Below are positions 1-11,392 of a DNA stretch of 64,000 nucleotides, piece by piece. Under the pieces are notes generated by a model. It made no database searches. It saw only the letters and a list, made by a program, of their open reading frames with translations, and was not told the DNA's origin. Source of the stretch: Octopus bimaculoides. Lineage: Eukaryota. The translations under genes were made by a program, and so were the position numbers. The DNA lies in assembly GCF_001194135.2 (NCBI RefSeq), contig NC_068987.1:3695408-3759407 (forward strand). Direction: 5' to 3'. Each line of letters starts with the position of its first letter. The first letter of the stretch is position 1.

Positions 1-60
1 AACAGATGCCTGGACAACTATTTCTCTTCATTGCATCAGTGTAGCTTTTGTATTTTATAC

Positions 61-365
61 TTGTTTCAGTCATCAGACTCCGGTCATGCTGGTGCTCTGC
101 CTTGAAGAATTCTAGTCAAACAAATTGACCCCCTGTACCTATCTTTTTAAGCCCAATACTTGAGAGTGGATTTGGTGGATGGAAACTGAAAGAATCTCCT
201 CGTGTGTGTATTTACATCCCCATCACTTAGCAGTTCACCAAAAGAAACCAATAGAATAGATACCAGGCTTTAAAAAAATAAGTATTGGGGTTAATTCATT
301 CAAGTAAAAAAAACTTTTGCAATGTGGTGCCCCAGCATGGCCGCAGTCTAATAACTGAAACAAGC
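61..365. mobile_element. SINE family A fragments: reversed 3' tail followed by a forward 3' half
   Basis: The motifs 'gagtggatttggt.gatggaaactgaaagaa' and 'gcatggccgcagt...actgaaacaag' are shared with the copies listed below. Confidence 0.65.
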
Positions 366-639
366 TAATGGTAAAAGGTACACACACACACACACACACA
401 AAAATGGTACTGTATAAAAAGCGCTAGTGCTGGTGCCACATAAAAAGCAACCAGTACACTCTGTAAAGTGGTTGGTTCTAGGAAAGATGTCCAGCTGTCA
501 AACTGTCCAACCCATGCCAGCATGGAAAACAGATGTTAAATGTTGATGATGATGAGGGCATCTATATATATCGGTCGATAACTGATGAAGAATTAGGGTT
601 CTGGTGTCTGTCCTACGTGTATGTTTTGTAGTATTTAAT

Positions 640-825
640 GCCAGAACCGCCTGACTGGCCCTCGTGCCGGTGGTACCTAAAAAGCACCCACTACACTTCT
701 CAGAGTGGTTGGCATTAGGAAGGGCATCCAGTTGTCGAAACTTTACCAGATCAGATTGAGCCTAGTGCAACCTTCTGGCTCACCAGTCCTAAGTCAAACT
801 GTCCAACCCTGTTAAACGATGATGA
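640..825 (+). mobile_element. Repeat family B (SINE-like, 'ggaagggcatccagctgtagaaac' core, (GAT)n tail)
   Basis: 'aaaagcacccactacact...gagtggttggc.ttaggaagggcatccag...ccaaccc...gttaaacgatgatgat'. The core resembles the motif seen in Meta-domain SINEs (from memory, unverified). A decayed copy lies at about 405-555. Confidence 0.75.
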
Positions 826-2100
826 TATATATTTATAAAGGGAGTTTTAATGAGTTTTATAAAGTGCTATGGTAATTTAAAAGTGATAATCAGATATCTG
901 AAAACTTATCTGCCAATCCTCGGCTCTCAAGTGGTGCCGGGTCAGAGGAAGTCTACTGTTGAGTGTTTTTATTGTGAATGACTCGGACAGTTGCAGTGCA
1001 CTCACTTCTCTTCTCACATTCAACTTCTCTTTTGAGTCTATACCACCACATTGTTAAATCTTGTTAGACTGTAACAGGTTTCTCTTATACAAGGACTACT
1101 ATAGGCTTCTGTTCTGCACCCATTATTATGGGTGAAGAATAATTGATGCGGAGCAGATGGTTGGTTAAATAAATATATCCCAGAGTGTCATTAAATAATG
1201 ATGGAATAAACATCCTTTCTAGATTGACAAGAGGATGTTACTTTGTTTTAATAGTCATGTTTTCTAATTTCTTTTCTTTTTTTTTTTATGTAATTGTTGT
1301 CTTAGCCTCTCTCTCTTTGTGTTGGGTTCAACTTATTATGGTTGTTGTTTCAGTTACAAGGCAATCTTAATTAAGGAGTTTCTAGATCAAAGACATTCCA
1401 GTTGTGACTGACCTATCTTTATCATGGCTAATGTGTTCTTTATTTATTTAAGATGGTAGGATGTAATTGATGAGAGGTTTAGTTAGTATTTCTAGCAGGT
1501 TGAGGAACCACGTGCAGCTTCCTTTGCTGGCTTGTGACCATTTCATGGGATTAGGACCATACTTATTCATTTGCCATAATTTATCTGCTGTTAGAAGTTC
1601 ACTGGAAATGGGGTCAACTTTTTTCAGAAAGAAACGGTAATCAAACAGAAAATTCAGTAAGACTTACTAATGGTTGGCCCTTTCCTTCATTGGTTGAGAA
1701 TAGAAACAATTACTTAATCACCCCTGCTGGGTCTGGGCTGTTTTACAGAAGCAAATGCCTAGTCCCAAGTATGCTTACCATTCCTTTACATTTAACCTGG
1801 TCACTGCAGAGAACTGGACATTTGTTCTTTTTACAAAGGCCATCCATATTGAACCAGATCTACTGCAGATCCAGCTTCTGTTTTCTATGGATTGGAAGAT
1901 AAAGCTTTGCTTTTGGCCTTTTGTAATTATTTGTGGTTGATGAGGTTGAATCGATGGGATTGGTTTTCTTGAATTTCTGGTCAACTTCTACAAAAGCATT
2001 GGGAGGAAGAGAATTCCTGAGAACCGACTGGCTAGCATGGAACTCTTGACAAACAAGCATTGTACACTTCACTCACAATTTTTTTTACTTTCTTCCTCAG

Positions 2101-2149
2101 AAACTTTGATTCTCTTTGCAAAGAAAATGTCTATTACAACAACAATCTG
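2101..2149 (+). CDS. MICALL1/2: MICAL-like protein, internal exon (calponin-homology domain, middle part)
   Basis: Pyrimidine-rich tract + CAG at 2098-2100 and GTAAGT donor at 2150. Reads (x)NFDSLCKENVYYNNNL (phase 2 to 0), matching the CH-domain segment 'IDFxSLxKENVxENNxL' of MICAL-L/EHBP1 proteins. The upstream CH exon is not in the window. Confidence 0.9.
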
Positions 2150-3134
2150 GTAAGTTTATTCATTTAATAATGTAAATTGGTTTCTAATGTTATCCTATTG
2201 TCTCCCTCTATCACACATCACCTACATGTTGGTTTTTGTATTTTAATATATGCTTTTGTGTCAGATCTCAAAATAACTTGTGACTTCATTTATTTGTGGA
2301 ATCACACCCACTTTATAAAGTGCAGCTCTAATTGCAGTCAATGAAACCCTCAGAAAAAATGTCTTTTGTATAAGACCCACTGACTTTCCTTTTGTGTTAT
2401 GTTGTATAGAAAAAGTATGTTTAGTAAAATCTACTATGATAATTGTCTAAAATACATTGGAAAGGTTTCAGTATCCTAAGCAAAAGAAAGGACAAGTTTA
2501 AAATTGACCTTTGAACTTTATTGTATAAAAGTACGCTTACTCCATTGGGGAATGTCATGTGATCATTTTTTTTTTTTTTTTTTTCCTGGAAAATCAATTT
2601 TATTTTGATAATAATGGTAGACTTCAATATATTTTTACTGAATTTTACATTCCAGTTTGTATTGTAATGCAAACACAAATTCATTTTTCCCCAAGAGAAC
2701 AAAATATTTTTTTGCTTAAGTGTGAATTCTTTTGAAACTTATATTTTGTTATAGATTTTCTTTGTTTTTAAATGGTTTTTATATTTTTATGGATTTTTCT
2801 GGTTTGAATATCAGGCATTCAAGATATGGCAAAAAAAGATTTAAAACATTGATGCATGGAATGCATATTTTAGCCATTGAAATAACTCTGAAAAACTGTT
2901 AACTTCACTTCAGCATTTTGTGGCTTGATGTCAAGATTTTCATTGTGCCAAGTGAAGTTGATAGATTTTATGTTGTTGAATTGAATGCCTGATATAAGTG
3001 TCTTTGACGCTGCCGTTGTTTTAGTCTCAACAAACCATCTTGGACCGAATCACTTGCTTGGCAAGTACACAAGTCTGAAAAATATAAAAATATATAAAGC
3101 AAAATAGCAACAAAATAAAATATAAAAATCTTGT

Positions 3135-3470
3135 GGCTGTGTGGCAAGAACTGGATGGTTCTGGATTCTGTCCTAGTGTGGCACCTTGGGCAAGTGTCTT
3201 CTTCTATAGGCTTGGGGTTGACCAAAGCCTTGCGAGTGGATTTGGTAGACAGAAACTGAAAGAAGCCTGTCTGTCCCCCACCACCACTACTTGACAACTT
3301 GTGTTGCTATGTTTAGCAGTTCAACAAAAGAGATTGACGAAATAAGTACCAGGTTTAAAAACAAGGAAAAGAAAATAAACAAGTCCTAGAGTTGATTCAT
3401 TCAACAACAAATTCTTCATTGTGGTGCCCCAGCATGGCCACAGTTTAATGATTGAAATAAGTAAAAGATA
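3135..3470 (+). mobile_element. tRNA-derived SINE family A
   Basis: Head 'ggctgtgtgg.aagaa...ggttc...gtggcaccttgggcaagtgtcttct', core 'gaccaaagccttg.gagtggatttggtaga' and tail 'cagcatggcc.cag...tgaaa.aagtaaaag'. Confidence 0.8.
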
Positions 3471-3739
3471 GAAGATATCAGGTCGATGCTAAAGGGACTC
3501 CTGAATCACTGTGTGTTTAGAATGAGAGAGAGAAGATTTGATATGAAACCAAAATGATTGGTTTTATGTTTTACAACAGAACTTGCTGATCCTTGTCAAA
3601 AACAAGCATCAGAATGTTGCTAAAAACCCCAAATAGTCCTATACCGGTGTTTAAAAAATTTTTTTTTCATTAAATCCAAATTCCAACTTGTTTTGTGCAT
3701 CAAATGATGCATTTAATATTGTTAACTTTATTCCTAAAG

Positions 3740-3878
3740 GCTTTCACTGTTGCTGAACAACTTGGAGTCACTGCTCTCTTGGAGGCTAAAGATATGGAAG
3801 AACTCAAAGTCCCAGACAAACTTAGTATTATCACCTATGTTGCAAGTTTGTACAATTACTTCAAGGACAAAGAAAAAT
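3740..3878 (+). CDS. MICALL1/2: MICAL-like protein exon, C-terminal half of CH domain
   Basis: AAG acceptor and GTGAGT donor. [46 protein letters not shown] is the canonical type-2 CH motif (AFxxAExLGIxxLLxxxDM...PDKLSIxTYV). Phase 0 to 1. Confidence 0.95.
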
Positions 3879-6056
3879 GTGAGTTTTCAGTAATCAACAT
3901 CTTCTGTTTATTATAAATAAAATGTTTATAGATTACATCATAAGAATTGTAGAACAGTTACCATTGCTTGGGTTTCGTATTCAACTAACGACTCAGAAAC
4001 TGGGATGTATCTTGTTACTTGTTTGATTTGGCAGATGGGACTTGTGCCTGATGGTGTACTTTTGATGGAACTCAGCTTGTGATCTTACTAAAAGGTTCAG
4101 CACTCAAGAACCTCATCCAAATGCAAATTCATGGGAAATTAGGCACAAACAATGATGTAATTTGTCTATAGAAATTTAAAGATTTTTACTGGTTTTTCAG
4201 AATTTTAAGAAAACGTTCTGTTTTTGAAGATAAACTAATTTCTATGTATGTATGTTTGTATGTTATACCTTGTTCCTCATAAGCTATTTTTATTGAAAAG
4301 AAAAAAACAATAGAATTCTATGGATCCAATATCTTAAAATCTTGACATAATGGTAATAAATGGTGGTCATTTTCGCATTTTTTGTATCAAAACAATTTGT
4401 TCAGGCCTAGATTTTTTGATAACAGGGAGACTTTTTTTTTTTTTTCGGTTGGCCTATGTTATTGAGTATAACAGGCTAAAGTGGTGTGCTGTTAGCACAT
4501 TGAGCACAATGTTTAGCAGCATTTTTTCCAGTCAACTTTGTTTTCCATCTCTTGATTGTTGATAAAATAAAATGCCACTCAAGTAAGTACGGGGGTCGAA
4601 GTAATCAACTTTTCATAATTGCTGGCTTTGGACCCTGCATTCGGAATACTGTGACCTTAGTCACTTATACACCATGGAAACTGTATAACTGGCCCCTTTT
4701 GGGTCCTAGCGCTCAGGAAAAAAAAATGTACAGATTGGGCCTCATAGAGGCAAAGTGGTTGAGTTCTTTTTGAGTGTTGGGCCTCACACAGGCAATGACC
4801 GAGACCTTTGAGCATTATGTCATGCTTGAGAAGACCCATTGAACTGAGAAAAATAAGCCTTCCAGCTTACCAGCCCTGGTCAAACCGTTCAACCCATGCC
4901 AGCGTGGACAACAGATGTCAAATGATGAATGGATTATAATGACTCAAGCTCTTTCTTTCCTTTTAATTTGCATATTTTCAAGTTTATATATATTCTATTT
5001 TCATTTCTTTTTGAAAGATTGGTATATCCGTATAGTCTCTCATATTAATTATCATGTTTATGCTTGAGTAATCAGAAAGATATATGTATATGTTTATTTT
5101 ACATGTGTACCATTTAAAAAAAAAAACAATTATTTCATCTCATGAAGACCAGGAACTACTGTTAGCCTTTCTTTGTTCTGCAAAAGTGACTGAAATGGTT
5201 AATTAGATGAGGTGGCATAATTAGTGTTTGGGTTGACGGTTTGTAGGAAAGTAGTTCCAGAGGGAGACATTTTTAGTGGTGATCGTTGACTGGAAGATAA
5301 GGGATAAAGTAGTTAGGACAGAGCGAGAGTGACAGAAAGAGAAAATCTGGGTGAAATGAATAGATTTAGGTGAAAAATTGTTTATTGTCAGCAAATTTAG
5401 AGATTAAAAATGATTGTAGTAGCAGTGGAAGATCCAGCTTTGTGATGGGGAGGTGGTTCAACAGTGTTGAAGATTTATCTCTAGTGGATGTATAATAGTA
5501 GAGAGAGAGAGTGTGTGTGGCTGTATTCCTAATTAGGGCAAACTTATCCCTCATATGGGACCAACTATTGTTCAGGTCTGAAGTGTTTTCTAGTTCTGAA
5601 AAAGAAATGTGAACTTAGAAATGTAACTCTGACCTTGTAGTTTCTATATAGTTGTCATAACAATAACAGCTAACATTGTTTTGTTTTTTTATTATTATTA
5701 TTATTATTGTTACTAATGAGCTTGCCATACTGACATCTGTGAGAACTCTGACAATGGTTCATTCATCAATTCCAGCCGTGCAGCTTCACAACTATGTTAG
5801 TCTCTACTTCTGAGTCATTAGTTGTAAAGGACCTGGTTTTAAATCTGGGTGGCTCNNNNNNNNNNNNNNNNNNNNNNNNNNNNNNNNNNNNNNNNNNNNN
5901 NNNNNNNNNNNNNNNNNNGTTCAGATTTGCAGTTTTAAATGTTATAAACCATCAACCTTAATGTTGGCGCTTTAATCATAAATTTATGAAATAATTTATA
6001 TGATTTTATTGTTTTTGTGAATTGTTTGTAAATAAACTTGCTTTATTTTTTCCCAG

Positions 6057-6187
6057 TGGGTGGCCCAGACGTACAAAAATGTAAATCTCATATATCGATT
6101 GGAATGAAGCGACACCCGGACAGTGACCCTTATGACAAGTTTGAACCGAAGAGATTAACACCAAGTAAAGAAGATAACACGAAAAAG
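6057..6187 (+). CDS. MICALL1/2: MICAL-like protein exon, CH-LIM linker
   Basis: TTTTTTCCCAG acceptor and GTATGA donor. Open frame LGGPDVQKCKSHISIGMKRHPDSDPYDKFEPKRLTPSKEDNTKK. Phase 1 to 0 exactly bridges the flanking exons. Confidence 0.85.
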
Positions 6188-6472
6188 GTATGAAATCAGT
6201 TTTAATCACTCTCCAGTTCCTAGTGGCCTAGTGGTTAGGGTGTTGCACTCACGGTTGCCAGTTTGTGGGTTCAATTCTGGGACCAAGCTGCATATTGTGT
6301 TTCTTGAGCAAAACACTTCATTTCACATTGCTCCTGTATTTCAAAGAATAGACCCCGGCATTTCTTCTGTGTTGTAAATGGTGACTGAAAGGGGTTAAGG
6401 TGGAATTTGCCCTCCGATGTCATCAAAAACCCTCACCAGCAATGACTGCCCAAACAGACCGATGGGTTAGAC

Positions 6473-6832
6473 TAGTGGTTCCCAACTCTTTTATTTAAAT
6501 GAGTTTTCCACAGACCCTTTTTAATATGCTTATTTTTATGTGTGTGTGCGTTGGCTCCTGTGCTGGTGGCATGTAAAAAGCACCCACTACACTCTCAGAG
6601 TGGTTGGCGTTAGGAAGGGCATCCAGCTGTAGAAACTCTGCCAAATAAGATTGGAGCCTGGTGCAGCCACTGGTTCTCCAGACCTCATTGAAACCATCCA
6701 ACCCATGCCAGCATGGAAAACGGACATTAAACGATGATGATATATATGAAATTTTGATTTTTAGTCATGGACCCCCAGTACTACCTTTGCAGACTACCAG
6801 GGACTCTGCGAACCCCAGGCTGGGAACCACTA
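6473..6832. mobile_element. hAT/Charlie-type non-autonomous element (MITE)
   Basis: TIRs TAGTGGTTCCCA and TGGGAACCACTA. 8-bp TSD GGTTAGAC / GGTTAGAG with central TA, as typical of Charlie elements. Contains a nested family B repeat. Confidence 0.8.
6555..6740 (+). mobile_element. Repeat family B nested in a hAT MITE
   Basis: Same core and (GAT)n tail as the other family B copies. Confidence 0.8.
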
Positions 6833-7361
6833 GGTTAGAGGGTTGTCACCTGAGTAGTGCAGAGGCACCATCTGCCTAGTGTAGGGAATCACCAACACCT
6901 GGTGGATGTAGTAACATGCTGTTACAGCACATGCCTTCATACTGCTACTATTTCTACTACCACCACTACTACTACTACTACTACTACTCCAGTCTCCACT
7001 CAATCTCTCCCACCTTCTCTCTTCTAAAATGTAAGATGTCATGTAGCTCCATTACAGCAAGAAACCTGCTCTGCTCTGGTCCTTTTTCCGCTCTGGCCCT
7101 TATCTCTCATACTTTGCCCATTGTGTGTGTGTGTGTCTGTCTGTCTGTGTTTACGTCCCCGTAACTTAGCAGTTTGGCAAAAGATACCGATCTTACAAGG
7201 AATAAGTCCTGGGATCGATTTGCTTGACTAAAGGCAGTGCTCCAGCATGGCTGCAGTCACATGACTGAAACAAATAAAAGAATAAAAAAAAATGTAGTTA
7301 TTTAATTCTTTTTGCTACAAAACTTTCACTGGATAAATTTGTAGAAATCAGTTGTTTTTGT

Positions 7362-7513
7362 AGTAAAGATTGTTTGCCAACATAACATGGCAGTCCTGGT
7401 TTAGGACTAATGTTGCTGCAAACCAGGACTGCCATGTTATGTTGGCAAACAAACTTTACTCCAAAATACTGTTGCTGAATATCTCTCGTTGTGAGATTTA
7501 AAAATAGTAATTT
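7362..7513 (+). mobile_element. 152-bp hairpin element (family E) with 14-bp TSD
   Basis: 33-bp perfect inverted repeat (7370-7402 and 7420-7452). TSD TCAGTTGTTTTTGT at 7348-7361 and 7514-7527. Confidence 0.8.
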
Positions 7514-7571
7514 TCAGTTGTTTTTGTCTTTCATATTCAAATCTTTCTTTTGTTTTGTTTTCTTTCTTCAG

Positions 7572-9659
7572 GGTAGTTCCACTCCAACCAAGCAGCCTTC
7601 GGGTGGCGATTATTGTGTACTGTGCAAGGACAAAGTGTATCTTATTGAAAAACATATTGAAGACGGTAACTTGTATCACAGATCCTGCTTTAGAAAAAGT
7701 TATATGTCACCTACAAGTAAAATTTTAACTGACTATTCCACACAAAAACAAACCACCACACCATCACCCATCACAATAAACTCCATTGATAAAACCACTT
7801 CAAATAATATGGATTCGAGTAAAAATGATCCTTCTGCAAATGCGAAGTCACTAAGATTAAAGGGTAAACTCTTTGACAAAAAGAAAGATCAAGTTCAGAA
7901 AGCAGAAGAACGCCTCAGATCAGATAAACAGTACAAGAAAGAAATGGAAGAAGAACAGATGATTAACAATGGAAGAAAAAATTCTTCTTCAGCATTAAAG
8001 GCTCATTTAAAGGGAATTGATTCCAGCACAAAAAAATCTTCAACAAATTTACCTGAAAATTCTTTTCCTCAGCATGAAAACCGTTCTAGTTATAATTCTG
8101 AGAAAACTTTTCAGACTTCACCTTATAGAGACTCTAATCTCCATGAGAGATCTGATAGTCAAAAACGAGAGACAAATGACTTGACTTTCTCTACTGTATC
8201 AGTAAAATCTGCTGCAAAACCAGAATCAGATCCTTCATTAGATACGCCAATGCTCATGAAAGAAGTCTCTAGTCGGACAATGGGGGATAAAAAAATGCAA
8301 GCAACTATGCATCACAAATCTGTTTCAAATTTAAAAGACAACAGTGAACAATACGTAGTCTCAGGCTTGCTGAAAAGCTTGGCTGGTATTCGACAACGCC
8401 AGAGCACCAGTTCTTCACCTACTAATAGTGATCCCCCATCACCACTGCCAACAGAGCCAGCTGTGCCGAATATTAAACTGTCACAAACCTCAACTTCCAC
8501 AGTTACCAATTCTTCAACCATCAAATCCTTATCGGGAGATAACTCACAGAATTTCAAGAATCCTCATTTACACCTTAATAAAAGTAAGACATCTTTGATC
8601 AATTCAACTGAAAAAGAATCTGATGTGATAACTGCTCATACAAATCATCAAAACAAGCCACAGGCTGCCTTAAATTCTTCATCAAAGTCAGAACAAGAAA
8701 GTACCAATTCAACGTCTACAGCCTCAAGTTCATTCACCCCTAGAAAGCAAACCAGAGCATCTCTTAGAGTACAGCTTCCAAGTATTCAGCAAAGAATTAA
8801 AGATTATTCTAAAGTTGCCCCAGGCATTGGTGATCAACCAACAGATTCCAAGAAACCAGATGATGTTGCAAAATCTGATAAAAACAACGTACCTCCACCG
8901 TCTTTTCCTTTAAGTACCATAATGAAAAATGAGCAAAATTTGAAACCACATCAAGAGATTAATAGAGGACACGTGGCTATGGACATACCTTCTTCTGGTG
9001 GAATTACTGCTGCCAGCTCTAAAAATAATTTTGAAATTTCTAAGACTGTGAAACCTAATGCTTTGTCAGAATCTGCAGCAGACATACATTCAACTCATTC
9101 TGCAGGAAAATCCCTGGTAAAACCCAGAGGAAAACATTTAGGAAACGATGATGCAAACAGCCCAGCTTCAGGTGTTATTACAACTAAATTGCACCCTGGG
9201 CATATGTCTCCTGCTAACAAAGGCTCTCTTACTATTATTGATGATCGAGTTAATCCTATACCAAAGCCTCGGCGTGAGAAAATAGGTTTAAGAACTGAGA
9301 CAGCCAAAGAAAACAAAGAAAATCCGTCTGCACTTAAAACGATTCCAGAGGCATTTGAAAGAATTGAGACACCTCATTCTGAACAAAACACTAAAACGGA
9401 AGTCAAAACAGAATGGCAACTCGAGGCTGAGCGGCGAATTGCAACGAGAAAGGTGGAAGGCTATGTTGATCCAGAAGTTAAACATTTGAATGTGAATAAC
9501 AATAGAATCTCCCAAAATAGTCAAAGCAATGGAGATGTCAATGAAAGTGTCAGTACTGGACAGAGGAGAAGAATTCCAGTCACACGGACTTTTACATTTA
9601 CTATCAACGATACTTTACCAAACCAACCAGAAACTTCTCTTAAAAGTGATACGAAGAAG
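7572..9659 (+). CDS. MICALL1/2: MICAL-like protein, 2088-nt exon: single LIM-type Zn finger plus long low-complexity linker
   Basis: Lies inside ORF 7491..9740. TTTCTTCAG acceptor at 7563-7571 and AAG|GTATAT donor at 9660. Starts GSSTPTKQPSGGDYCVLCKDKVYLIEKHIEDGNLYHRSCFR, the first LIM finger typical of MICAL-L. Phase 0 to 0. The donor is weak, so the 3' end is less certain. Confidence 0.9.
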
Positions 9660-10307
9660 GTATATACATTGTTTTTATTGATGATTTTATTGATGTTGTG
9701 TGTGTATTTCTTTTCAAGTTTAATGTCAATGCATGAATGATGATGCAACAGTGGAAAAGTTAAGGTCATGGATTAACAGCATGAGGCCATCTCACTGCTG
9801 TTTTATAATAATACTTACCAAACTGTTTTTGCTTCCAGCAAGAGCCCGTTCTCCTTCCATTGCAGCGTTTGTGGTGGAAGGAAAGCCAGCTCTGCATTTT
9901 GCTGCTTCAATGTCTCATCTGTAAAAACCCAAATTTCCAGAGAACTGACCTGCTTTCATTAGCCTGATAACATTTTTTCAAAAGACTCCATTCTGAGTAT
10001 TAAAGTTTTAAAACTTCTGAATTTGCTTTTAATATAAAGGTTTGAAGTAGGGAATTAATTCTATTCAACCCATTAAGTCCCAGAGTTCTTAAATTTTCAC
10101 AGATGATTGAAAATGGGTTAAAATGATAAAAATAATTATTAAAACTCCTTTACTTCAAGTAGAAATGGAAATACTCGGTGTCCTATAAATAGGTCACTGA
10201 GATAATGTGATATAGCTTATTTAAAGTTTTCATTTAGTATCTTATTTATAGGACAGTGGGACTTAATGGGTTAAGATATATTCTTGTACGTTTTGCTTAA
10301 ATATATA

Positions 10308-10710
10308 GACATGGCTGTGTGGTAAGAAGCTTGCTTCCCAACCACATGGTTCTAGGTTCAGTCTCACTGCATGGCACCTTGGACAAGTGCCTTCTACTAT
10401 AGCCTTGGGTCAACCAAAGCCTTGTGACTGGATTTGGTAGATGGAAACTGAAAGAAGCCCATCGTGTATATATAAGTATATAATATATGTGTGTGTGTGT
10501 GTGTGTGTGTGTATGTCTGTGTTTGTTTCCCCACCATCATTTGACAATCTAATGTTGGTGTGTTTACATCCCCATAACTTAGCGATTTAGCAATAGAGAC
10601 TGATAGAATAAGTACCAGACTTACAAAGAATAAGTGCTGGGATCAATTTGTTCGACTAAAGGTGCTGCTCTGGCATGGCCGCAGTCAAATGATTGAAACA
10701 AGTAAAAGAG
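10308..10710 (+). mobile_element. tRNA-derived SINE family A, near full length with internal (TA)n(TG)n
   Basis: A/B-box-like head (tggtaagaagc...ggttcagtc) with the same core and tail as the other copies. Confidence 0.85.
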
Positions 10711-10714
10711 GATA

Positions 10715-11015
10715 TAATGAAATCTCCTGTTGTTAGACGACTTATGAGGGTTTGACAATTTCTTATCGAACAACCACACAGGATTTGTTTATATTGACTG
10801 AATGTTTGTGTAGACATAAGCTCACTCCCTCCATCAAATCAAATACATTACCTGTACAGGTGCACCATATGTTACATGTCAGATGTCGAAATGATCACGG
10901 AGCAACGTGAAATGAAGTGCTTTGCTCAAGAACACAATGCAATGCCCGGTCTGGGAATTGAACCCATGATCACACTATCATGAATGCAACACCCTAACCA
11001 CTAGGCCATGTGCCT
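10715..11015 (-). mobile_element. tRNA-derived SINE family H
   Basis: tRNA-like head on the minus strand (rc of 'gggaattgaacccatgatc...ccctaaccactaggcca'). The body is nearly colinear with 29866-30165. Confidence 0.75.
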
Positions 11016-11019
11016 TCAC

Positions 11020-11392
11020 GTGTGGTAAGAAGCTTGCTCTCCACCACATGGTTCTGGGTTCAATCCCACTGTAGGGTACCTTTGGCGAGTGTCTTCTACT
11101 ATAGCCTCAGGCTGACCAAAGCTCTGTGAGTGGATTTGGTAGACGTAAACTGAAAGAAGTCCATCATATACACATATATATATATTTACATGTGTCTGTG
11201 TTTGCCCCCCCCCCATCGCTTGACAACCGATGTTGGTGTGTTTACGTCCCTGTAGCTTAGCAGTTTGGCACAAAAGACTGTTAGAATAAGTTCTAGGCTT
11301 ACAAGGTATAAGTCCTGGGGTTGATTTCTTCAACAGAAGGCAGTGCTCCAGCATGGCCAATCAAATGACTGAAACAAGTAAAAGAATGAAAG
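11020..11392 (+). mobile_element. tRNA-derived SINE family A
   Basis: Same head, core and tail as 10308-10710. Confidence 0.85.

Noticed and set aside
9733-9960. Possible exon after CCAG at 9840
   Set aside because: No family similarity, no good donor, and a stop in the required phase 0 frame.
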